Virus record (IMG/VR): IMGVR_UViG_3300022699_000232
Span: 10,288 to 74,287 of that record
Strand: one strand, 5' to 3'
From: a virus
DNA length: 64,000 nucleotides
Each line of letters begins with the position of its first letter. The first letter of the stretch is position 1. Positions 19,101 to 26,830 of this stretch are shown piece after piece. The notes under the pieces are model-generated. The model was not told the DNA's origin, ran no database searches, and saw only the letters and a list, made by a program, of their open reading frames with translations. Made by a program: the position numbers and the translations under genes.

Positions 19101-20135
19101 GTGCCGAGACAGATCATCGACGGCGCAGACGCCGTAGACGCTATTGCTGGTCTCAGCTTCCCCGATTTCGGCACCGGTGCGCTCGGCAACGTCACCATCG
19201 CCGCACCTACGGATGCTGCCGGCCGGAAGAACTACAGCGCTCTAACCATCGATCCAGGTGCCCATCTAGCTGTCACCGCCCGTCGCAAGCTCGTGGTGCT
19301 GGTGCAGGGAAATCTTACGGTGAACGGGCCCCTAACCGCTACGGGTCGGGGTGGTCTTGGCGCAGTCGGCGGAGACGGCGGCAACGCGGGCAGTTCCGCC
19401 TCTATTGCCAACCCAAAGAACGCTTCGGCATCCGGTGGCGGGGGCAGCGGTGGTGATGGGCAAGAATCGCTTGGTGCGGGCGGCGATGGTGCGTCCAGAT
19501 CAACATCTCTGCTTGACGGCGCAGGTGCAGGCACAGGCGGCCCGTCTCCATCCGGTGGCAACGGCGGCGTCATTTCAGCGCTTGACGCGACAGAAAGGGG
19601 GCGCATCGAGGATGATCTGGGCGGCTCTCCTTTCACTTACGCTCCTGGCGGCGGTGGCGGCGGTGGCGGCGGTACTGACTCTGGTGAGAGCGGTACTTCA
19701 GGACTAGGCGGTACGCCAGGATCTCAGACTGGTTCCGGTTTTGGTGTTGGGGAAAATGGCGGAGATGGTTCTGGTGGCGGTGCCGGCGGCGGGGGCGCTG
19801 GCGGCGCCGGCGGCGGGGAGCTAGAAGTTCGTGTCGGCGGCGATGTGTTGATCGACGCAGCAGCCGAGATCAGTGCCGACGGCGCTGTTGGAGGAACCGG
19901 CGGTGACGCCGGTGAACCCTCTGTCGCAGGTGCCGGCGGCGGCGGCGGGGGCGGCGCTGGAGGAATCATTCTTCTCATTTACCGCGGTACACCGACGAAC
20001 GTAGACGCTGCGCACGTACATGCTGACGGCGGAGCAGGTGGTAACGGAGGAGTCGAGACCGGCGGCGGTGGCGGCGACGATGGTTTCGACGGCTCCACCG
20101 GGGAAGACGGTTATGCTGTCTTCTTCCAGGTGTAG
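19101..20135 (+). CDS. Glycine-rich (polyglycine-II-type) adhesin-like virion protein, copy 1
   Basis: Many GGGGGG/GGAGG runs separated by short hydrophobic strands; paralog of 21074. Confidence 0.75.
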   Translation: MPRQIIDGADAVDAIAGLSFPDFGTGALGNVTIAAPTDAAGRKNYSALTIDPGAHLAVTARRKLVVLVQGNLTVNGPLTATGRGGLGAVGGDGGNAGSSASIANPKNASASGGGGSGGDGQESLGAGGDGASRSTSLLDGAGAGTGGPSPSGGNGGVISALDATERGRIEDDLGGSPFTYAPGGGGGGGGGTDSGESGTSGLGGTPGSQTGSGFGVGENGGDGSGGGAGGGGAGGAGGGELEVRVGGDVLIDAAAEISADGAVGGTGGDAGEPSVAGAGGGGGGGAGGIILLIYRGTPTNVDAAHVHADGGAGGNGGVETGGGGGDDGFDGSTGEDGYAVFFQV

Positions 20136-20155
20136 GACGTAGGACGGTCGCGATC

Positions 20156-21061
20156 ATGATGATCCAGAAGACAAGTCCGTGCTGCGGAGAACTCCTGTTC
20201 CAGGCTGAGAAACCCGACCATCTCGCGGCTGAGGTATTCCTTCAGGCGTGGAAGGACGACGCGAACAACCAGAACGGCCATGGATTCGAGTGTCCAGGCT
20301 GTGGTGGTTACTTCCGTACCCAGGATGACGGCATCCCCGCCGGCGATGGTGGCGGGTTGATGCTTCTCGACGAATCGAAGCCGCGCATCGACTCGCTGAC
20401 CATCGGGTCGGGCTCTCGAACAGGCGGCGAGGCTCTCTACATCAACGGAGCGTCTCTCGACTCCGGGACCCTTAGCGTCACCTTCGCTGGAAAGCCCGTG
20501 AAGGAGTTGACCGACATCACAACATCCAGTGCTCGCGTCGTGAGCCCCGTTGGTACTTATCGTCTCCTTCCAGAGGGTGATGAACTCGTGAAGCTCTCGC
20601 TTTCGAATCGGTCGGGGACGCCCGCACTCAACGAGGAACTCCGACAAGGTTCTAAGCGCGTGGGCGTCATCCGTTTGGTGGAGGCGGATGAGATTCGAAT
20701 TACACTGGATTCTGGCTTCACGAATTCGATCACCTCTTTGATCGGTAACACGGTGAAGGGCAGTTCCTCCGGGTTTACTGCAACCGTCTCGACGGCGATT
20801 AGGCCGGAATTCATCGATGGCGAGGAAGTTGTCGGACAGACTGGCGGGGCTAAGGGTGTTCTTAGATCTCGCGAGGAATGGATCGTTGATTCACCCACGC
20901 GGGCATATCAGGCTGGTGAGTTGGTAAAGGGTAGTTCCTCGGGCACTTACATCCGACTCGTTACTCCCGCTTACTCCGGTGCTGTGGACGTCGCGGTTTC
21001 CAACGAGCGCGGTCAGCGCGATGTTGGCAGCGTCCTCAAGAACGGGTTCACCTACCTGTAG
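20156..21061 (+). CDS. Zinc-ribbon plus IPT/TIG-like protein, copy 1
   Basis: SPCCG...ECPGCG; PRIDSLTIGSGSRTGGEALYING...AVDVAVSN...GFTY (IPT pattern); paralog of 22079. Confidence 0.75.
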   Translation: MMIQKTSPCCGELLFQAEKPDHLAAEVFLQAWKDDANNQNGHGFECPGCGGYFRTQDDGIPAGDGGGLMLLDESKPRIDSLTIGSGSRTGGEALYINGASLDSGTLSVTFAGKPVKELTDITTSSARVVSPVGTYRLLPEGDELVKLSLSNRSGTPALNEELRQGSKRVGVIRLVEADEIRITLDSGFTNSITSLIGNTVKGSSSGFTATVSTAIRPEFIDGEEVVGQTGGAKGVLRSREEWIVDSPTRAYQAGELVKGSSSGTYIRLVTPAYSGAVDVAVSNERGQRDVGSVLKNGFTYL

Positions 21062-21073
21062 GGGATGATCTAG

Positions 21074-22075
21074 ATGCCCAGGCAAGTCACCGACGGACTG
21101 GAACTCACTGACGCGATTACCGCCGCAGGTCTAGACGCTCGATTCGGTAGCGGCGCCCTTGGTGATGGTACGATCTCCAGCCTCATGGAGGTTGGAGGCG
21201 AACTCAACTACAACAACCTCGTCGTTGAGACGTCTGGGGCTCTTATTGCGCTGGTAAGGCGCAAGCTCACTGTTCGTTGTCGAGCGAATTGTGACATCCA
21301 AGGCAGCGGGGCAATCCACGCTGACGGGCGCGGCGCTGTCGGTGTAGCAGGCGGTGCTGGGTTCTTTGGCGCTGGATCTGGCTTTTCCGGTCAGGCCGGC
21401 ATTGCCGGTTTTTCCTTCGCCGGAGGCGGAGGCGGAGGCGGGGGCGGCGCCACCGCGGCCGGTGGAATCGGCGGTGATCGTAGTCCGATGCTCAACGGAG
21501 GGACCAGCACCGGCGGTGCCCCGGGTACTGCCTCGGTGGATGGCGCGGCCCCGACTGCCTTGAGTGGCGACGTTCGTCCGCGGTTGGAAGACGCTCCGAT
21601 TTCGCAGATGTTGTTGTGGTCTTCGTCGGGTGGAAGCGGCTCCGGTGGTGCGGGCACCGGCTCTACTGGCTCAGCAGGTGCGGGCGGCGTCCCCGGAACT
21701 CAGACCGGCTCAGACCTCGGTGGTGGCGGTGCTGGTGGCAGCGGTTCCATGGGCTCTTCAAGTGGTGGAGGAGCCAGTGGTGCAGGAGCAGGCTCCATTG
21801 CGCTCTTCGTCGGCAGTGATCTCACGATTGACGCTTCGGCTCGCATCTCTGCCGACGGCGGAGATGGCGGTGACGGTGGTGCTGGTGGTGCTAATGATGG
21901 TGGCGCCGGCGGGGGCGGCGCTGGCGGCATGGTCGAAGTGATCTACAACACGAGCACAACCCCCGGCAACATCGATGCTGCCCACATCCATGCGAATGGC
22001 GGCGCTGGTGGAACTTCTTCTGAGGGCGACGGTGGTGCCGGCGAAGACGGTATCGCCGTGTTTAAGGAGGTGTAG
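21074..22075 (+). CDS. Glycine-rich adhesin-like virion protein, copy 2
   Basis: MPRQVTDG...FGSGALGD...RRKL...NIDAAHIHANGGAGG aligns end to end with 19101. Confidence 0.75.
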   Translation: MPRQVTDGLELTDAITAAGLDARFGSGALGDGTISSLMEVGGELNYNNLVVETSGALIALVRRKLTVRCRANCDIQGSGAIHADGRGAVGVAGGAGFFGAGSGFSGQAGIAGFSFAGGGGGGGGGATAAGGIGGDRSPMLNGGTSTGGAPGTASVDGAAPTALSGDVRPRLEDAPISQMLLWSSSGGSGSGGAGTGSTGSAGAGGVPGTQTGSDLGGGGAGGSGSMGSSSGGGASGAGAGSIALFVGSDLTIDASARISADGGDGGDGGAGGANDGGAGGGGAGGMVEVIYNTSTTPGNIDAAHIHANGGAGGTSSEGDGGAGEDGIAVFKEV

Positions 22076-22078
22076 TCG

Positions 22079-22981
22079 ATGAGCTTTTCGGTCGACTGCG
22101 ACTACTGCGCCCCTCCAGGCAACACCCTAGTTGCATTCCAACCTCATCCCGACCAAAAGCAGTCCGAGTTCGATGCTGCCTGGAAGGCAGCGGCTTCGCT
22201 GGTCGGCAACATCGAGTGCGCTAACTGCGGCGCCCGATATCAATTGGCCGACGATCCGGCTGGTTCCGTCCAGCCCATGAACATGTCCAGGCCGAAGATC
22301 ACCTCGATCAACGCGACGTCGGGTTATCGCGCTGGCGGCAACGTTATCTTTATCTCAGGCGAGGCTCTTGAGGTCGGAGACCTCGTCGTGCGCTTTGCCG
22401 GCAAAGCCGCACCCACTGTGGATCAGCGAACGAAGACGACGGCACGCGTTGTAGTGCCGCAGGGATGCTACCGACTAAACGTCGAGGAGTTGCTCTCACG
22501 CCTGGTGGTCGCTGTTACCAACGGAAGCTTTCAGGTGGGCGAGTCGATCACGACATCCGACGGCTCGACAGGCGTTGTCAGGCACATCGCGAGCAGTGTC
22601 TTCATGGTCTACATGTCTACGCTCGTCACCTCTCTCGATGACCTCGTGGGGCTGACCGTCAGTGGTGGTTCTTCTGGGGCGACGGGAACCATCAATGCTG
22701 TATCAATGCCGCTCTTCTCAGATGGTGAGATTGGCAGAGGGACTACTAGTCTCACGAGCGGGCTGATGAGAGACAGTGCTGCGACTCCTTACGCGCCGGT
22801 CGTCGATAACCCAACTGATTCTTTCGCGCCTGGCGAGCTTGTCGAGGGCACGGTATCCGGCGCTATGGTGAAGCTGTCGGGCAGTCCGGCATATTCAGGA
22901 CTCGTCGACATTACGGTCGAGAACGAGTACGGTCAGAGGGACTCGGGAAATACCCTCGAAGACGCCTACACCTACCAGTAG
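22079..22981 (+). CDS. Zinc-ribbon plus IPT/TIG-like protein, copy 2
   Basis: DCDYC...ECANCG; PKITSINATSGYRAGGNVIFISG...VDITVEN...AYTY. Confidence 0.75.
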   Translation: MSFSVDCDYCAPPGNTLVAFQPHPDQKQSEFDAAWKAAASLVGNIECANCGARYQLADDPAGSVQPMNMSRPKITSINATSGYRAGGNVIFISGEALEVGDLVVRFAGKAAPTVDQRTKTTARVVVPQGCYRLNVEELLSRLVVAVTNGSFQVGESITTSDGSTGVVRHIASSVFMVYMSTLVTSLDDLVGLTVSGGSSGATGTINAVSMPLFSDGEIGRGTTSLTSGLMRDSAATPYAPVVDNPTDSFAPGELVEGTVSGAMVKLSGSPAYSGLVDITVENEYGQRDSGNTLEDAYTYQ

Positions 22982-22993
22982 GTCGAGTAGCTC

Positions 22994-24643
22994 ATGGCTA
23001 GGAACATCGACGACTTCATCACTCCTACTGAGCACTCGGCCATCGACCATACCGGTATTCCCGGCACAGGTGGCGGTGGTGGGTCGACCATCGTAGGTGC
23101 CAGGGTTCTCTTCGCGGACGACAATCCGGCAGGCCAAGGCACCGTCTATTCGTTGACGGCCAATACTTTGACCGCCGACAACCAGTCCCTCGAAATCACG
23201 CTCAATTTCTCACCCGGCACCGGGTCTGACCCAGACTGGAGTGTGACGCTAGGCGGTCAGACGCTCATCAACTGGACCTCGATCCCCGTTGGCACCAGCA
23301 ACGTGGGGTTCGCGCGGATCCGCGTTTTTCGCACTGGTGCTACGACTGGTCGTGCGAGCGTTCATGCGTGGGTAGCTGAGGACGACACGGCGCAGGCCGG
23401 GTTATCTGAGGTCTACAGCAACGCGGCGCCTGGTCTCACTCTCGATTGGTCCACCATCCTGGACCTCGACTCTCTCTTTTCTGGCGGAACTGGAACAAGT
23501 CTCTCGAATTTCCATGTCCTCCAGTGGCCCCAGGCCGGGGCTCTTGGCGTTTCAGGCATCGGTTCAGATACCCTTCCAACCGGCACCATCGTGCCCTATG
23601 CCGGCACAGTGTCCTCGGTTCCTGCTGGATTCCTTCCCTGCGATGGCTCGCTGGCAGATGAGACCGTGGAGACGGAACTCTTCGCCGTCATCGGGTCGAC
23701 ATGGAATACAGGCGGCGAGCCCGCGGGCTTCTTCCGACTTCCCGATCTACGCGCCAAGAGCGTCCTTGGCCTCAATGACGGAACTCTTCCGAACGGCGCG
23801 GATGGTGGTTTCTCGACGAGAAATCTCGCGGACACGGGTGGTTCAGAGTCGGGTTCAACGAGCAGTGCTGGCGCACACGTTCACACACAGCCCGATTCAT
23901 TCTCTACGTCTAGCCTCGGCGGGTCTGCGAACAATGCGGATAGCGGCGGCGCGGGTACTATCGATCTGATTCCAGCCGGCACGGTCGACCACGACCACTC
24001 GCTGCAAGATACGGACAGTGCCGGTAGTCACAGTCACACGACCAGTCGGATGCACCCCTTTGCCGTGTGTCCCTACATCATCAAGTCGCAGCAGGTCGGC
24101 GGCGGGCTCGGGGTCACGGCGCAGAATAACGGCGGGGCGCTCACGGGAACCCAGCCGACGCTGAACTTCATCCCCACCGGAGGCGCCGGTGTCTCCGTGG
24201 TAGAGGACTCCGGTAACAACCGACTCGACATCACCATCTCCGCGCCGACTGCCGGACTCAGCAGCTTCACCAATTCGCGCGCTGCCGTGAGTGGAACAAA
24301 CACCTTCACTAACAACCTGAGCCTAAACTCGGGCGGCTCAGGTACGTCTGACCTTGCCATAGTGGTCGCGGCGGGTGCTATTCGTGGGGACGCGAATGCT
24401 GACACGAACCGACAGATGTGCATCGGCGCCTACGAGTTTGACGATCCGTCTGGCGTGTTCATCTGCTTCACTACCGGTTTCGCGACGTTCAGCAACGGCT
24501 CGGGAAATCAAACCATTCTCGGACACCCCGATGGCACGCGGTACACTGTGAATAACTCTGGCGGTGGCGGAAACCCTGCTATTGATCGATCTGCCGGGTC
24601 GAGCGATTTCTCTGGGTTTGGTCTGGGTTTGAAGATCTCCTAG
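22994..24643 (+). CDS. Tail fibre with phage tail-collar domain
   Basis: LPTGTIVPYAG...PAGFLPCDG...LFAVIGSTW...FRLPDLR...YIIK is the tail-collar signature; HxH motifs (HVH, HDH, HSH). Confidence 0.88.
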   Translation: MARNIDDFITPTEHSAIDHTGIPGTGGGGGSTIVGARVLFADDNPAGQGTVYSLTANTLTADNQSLEITLNFSPGTGSDPDWSVTLGGQTLINWTSIPVGTSNVGFARIRVFRTGATTGRASVHAWVAEDDTAQAGLSEVYSNAAPGLTLDWSTILDLDSLFSGGTGTSLSNFHVLQWPQAGALGVSGIGSDTLPTGTIVPYAGTVSSVPAGFLPCDGSLADETVETELFAVIGSTWNTGGEPAGFFRLPDLRAKSVLGLNDGTLPNGADGGFSTRNLADTGGSESGSTSSAGAHVHTQPDSFSTSSLGGSANNADSGGAGTIDLIPAGTVDHDHSLQDTDSAGSHSHTTSRMHPFAVCPYIIKSQQVGGGLGVTAQNNGGALTGTQPTLNFIPTGGAGVSVVEDSGNNRLDITISAPTAGLSSFTNSRAAVSGTNTFTNNLSLNSGGSGTSDLAIVVAAGAIRGDANADTNRQMCIGAYEFDDPSGVFICFTTGFATFSNGSGNQTILGHPDGTRYTVNNSGGGGNPAIDRSAGSSDFSGFGLGLKIS

Positions 24644-25113
24644 TGCTGGGACTGCTCGAAAAGATCCTTCAGGCGAAGGCAGCCGTTGAAAGTGGAGATG
24701 CTCCGCACGTCACCATCTCGCTCGACCTGAGCGATCCACGCGCGCAACGGCTTGCTGAGCTAGCAAAGAAGTTGTTGCTTCCGACGACCAAGATCCACAA
24801 GACCGGACTCACAACGAAGACCGGTATGATTATTCCCGAGCGCGCCGAGGAGTTCATTGAAGTGCTGAGAAGGGAGGTCGGTGACGAGGTCATGGACGAT
24901 CTCGCTTCTGACCTGAGGGCTCAGATACAAGCGCGACAGAGGAACACCGCCTCCGGCCTTGGCAAACAACTCGTCTCTGATCCGGGGGCCATTGCAGCTA
25001 CTACAAAGAGCCTGCTCTCTGAGGAGAGCTTCCGAGACGCACTCTCGCCGAGCGAGAAGACTGCTTTCGGAAACATCGCAGACGCGCTGGAGCGCGGCGA
25101 AGCGAGTATCTAG
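24643..25113 (+). CDS. Hypothetical helical protein
   Basis: Start overlaps the fibre stop (TAGTG); helical composition. Confidence 0.6.
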   Translation: MLGLLEKILQAKAAVESGDAPHVTISLDLSDPRAQRLAELAKKLLLPTTKIHKTGLTTKTGMIIPERAEEFIEVLRREVGDEVMDDLASDLRAQIQARQRNTASGLGKQLVSDPGAIAATTKSLLSEESFRDALSPSEKTAFGNIADALERGEASI

Positions 25114-25132
25114 CCTCGTTTTCCCTATCACC

Positions 25133-25160
25133 TTGCAACGGGTTTCTGAGCAGTTATACT
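25133..25160 (+). promoter_or_regulatory. Sigma70-type promoter for the RHH-chaperone-tape measure-baseplate block
   Basis: TTGCAA-16 nt-TATACT in the 77-nt gap, followed by an AGGAGG RBS. Confidence 0.55.
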
Positions 25161-25190
25161 CGCGAGTAGACCTACTCAGGAGGCTAGTGG

Positions 25191-25718
25191 GTGGCTGAGG
25201 AAATTAGCGGCAACGACTGGTTAGGACCCGTTCCGGCACCAGCACCGCCTGAAACACAGACGCGTTTGAACTACGTGATTCCGGGTAACCTGGAGCACCT
25301 TCTGGCGCGCTACTGTGTACAGACGGAGATGAAGCCTGGTCCCTTGGTTCGGCGACTCATCACTGATTTCATGAAGGGCGAGATCGTGCTCACACAAGCC
25401 GACCTCGATCACCCCAGGGGCAAGCGAACATCCGTCGACCTCCCCGTACGCCTTCTGGACGCGTTCGAGGGGCGTTGCGAGGAGATCAAGGCACCAACGA
25501 AGGCAGCCGTAATCGCTGCGCTTCTTCGTGAGTTCCTTCCTCCGCGTGTAAGCACTGAAGGAATCGAGAAGATCGCGGTGTCTGTGCCCACCACGATCTA
25601 CAACAAGATCTACAAGCGCTACGGGCCTGGTCCGGCTGAAGAAGTAATCGTCGAGGCCCTCTGCGACCTGATCCAAAAGAACGAGTCTCGTGCCATTCCG
25701 GCCGAGCAGGAGGCGTAG
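25191..25718 (+). CDS. Tandem ribbon-helix-helix DNA-binding protein (three RHH-like units)
   Basis: TRLNYVIPGNLEHLL..., KRTSVDLPVRLLDAF...AAVIAALL and EKIAVSVPTTIYNKI...EVIVEAL each fit the strand-P-helix-helix pattern. Confidence 0.65.
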   Translation: MAEEISGNDWLGPVPAPAPPETQTRLNYVIPGNLEHLLARYCVQTEMKPGPLVRRLITDFMKGEIVLTQADLDHPRGKRTSVDLPVRLLDAFEGRCEEIKAPTKAAVIAALLREFLPPRVSTEGIEKIAVSVPTTIYNKIYKRYGPGPAEEVIVEALCDLIQKNESRAIPAEQEA

Positions 25719-26555
25719 GTGCCTGGTATCGCTGACATCCCCGGTGTACAGATCCACGGTAAGGGGCAGATGGACTTCGTCCTCCCCGTCGGTTACGTGG
25801 ACGCAGAGAACAAGGTCCACAACAGCATCGTTCTTCGCGAGATGACCGGTGTCGAAGACGACATGATGGGCAACGCAGACCTGCCCATCGGAGAACGTGT
25901 ATCCAACGTCCTCTCGGCATGCATCGTCAAGCTCGGCGACGTCGAGGATCCGGAGACGATCAAGAAGGCCGTCTGCGACGAGTTGGAGAGCGGTCTGCCT
26001 CTGACTGAACAAGACCGCATCGCAGCCATGATCTACCTGCGTCGCGTCACTGTCGGTGATCTCTACAAGTTCGAGCGCTCTTGCCCTCGGTGCGGGACTG
26101 AGGCCAAGAACCGAGCCGTTGACCTTCGTACGCTCAAGATCGAGCAGTCGGAGCACCCGGAACGACGGCGAGTTAAGGTCGAGCTTCCGCGATCCAAGAA
26201 GGTCGCGATCATCAGGGTGCTCACGGCCAAGGGCGCCATCGAGATCGGTCGTCTGCGTCCTACTCAGGATGATCTCAAGAGCCTCGCCATCGTCGCCCGC
26301 ATCGAGACCCTTGATGGAAAGGCGCTTGGTGACCCCAGAACCGCTCTCGGCAAGATCAAGGCGCTTCCGCAGGCGGACCGCAACCTCATTCGGCAGGTCT
26401 ACAACGCCATGGAGACGAACGTCGAGACCGACATCGACGTCGAGTGCCGGAATCCGATCTGTCTGAACAAGTGGCAGTTCCCACTGGACGTGGGGCAGGG
26501 TTTTTTCTTGGACCTAGGGGGTTCCGTTTCGGCAGAGGATCTGAACTGGTTGTAG
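25719..26555 (+). CDS. Tail assembly chaperone / T4 gp26-like baseplate hub assembly protein
   Basis: FVLPVGY...LREMTGVEDD...LTEQDRIAAMIYLRRVTVG...CPRCG...ECRNPIC; sits directly before the tape measure gene. Confidence 0.8.
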   Translation: MPGIADIPGVQIHGKGQMDFVLPVGYVDAENKVHNSIVLREMTGVEDDMMGNADLPIGERVSNVLSACIVKLGDVEDPETIKKAVCDELESGLPLTEQDRIAAMIYLRRVTVGDLYKFERSCPRCGTEAKNRAVDLRTLKIEQSEHPERRRVKVELPRSKKVAIIRVLTAKGAIEIGRLRPTQDDLKSLAIVARIETLDGKALGDPRTALGKIKALPQADRNLIRQVYNAMETNVETDIDVECRNPICLNKWQFPLDVGQGFFLDLGGSVSAEDLNWL

Positions 26556-26591
26556 GACACCGGTTTAGTGGATTCTGGCCCCTAGGTCTAA
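26498..26591 (+). promoter_or_regulatory. Programmed -1 ribosomal frameshift signal (slippery heptamer plus 3' stem-loop)
   Basis: CAG GGT TTT TTC gives G_GGT_TTT and overlapping T_TTT_TTC in the correct phase; GACCTAGGGG (26511-26520) pairs perfectly with CCCCTAGGTC (26579-26588). Confidence 0.85.
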
Positions 26592-26827
26592 AATCGAATC
26601 TGGAGTACGACTGGCTTTTCCTAGCGGAGGCTTACAAGTACACCCACGAAGAAGTGTTGGCTATGCCATGTTCCCGGCGGCACAAGCAGGTGAAGTTCCG
26701 CCAGGAAGCGGTTAACCAACAGAATTCGGGCGGCGGAGACGTAGGCGCGGGTACTGGTGCTCGCCTACCGGCGACCTGGTGGCAAGCCCATCAGCGAGCC
26801 AAGGCGGTTGGGCAAGCACAGGGGTAA
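26498..26827 (+). CDS. -1-frame extension of the chaperone (gpGT/gpE+E'-like C-terminal part)
   Basis: Open -1 frame encoding LEYDWLFLAEAYKYTHEEVLAMPCSRRHKQV, the usual trans-frame chaperone pattern; ends 3 nt before the tape measure start. Confidence 0.8.
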   Translation, partial: GFFLGPRGFRFGRGSELVVGHRFSGFWPLGLKSNLEYDWLFLAEAYKYTHEEVLAMPCSRRHKQVKFRQEAVNQQNSGGGDVGAGTGARLPATWWQAHQRAKAVGQAQG

Positions 26828-26830
26828 TCC

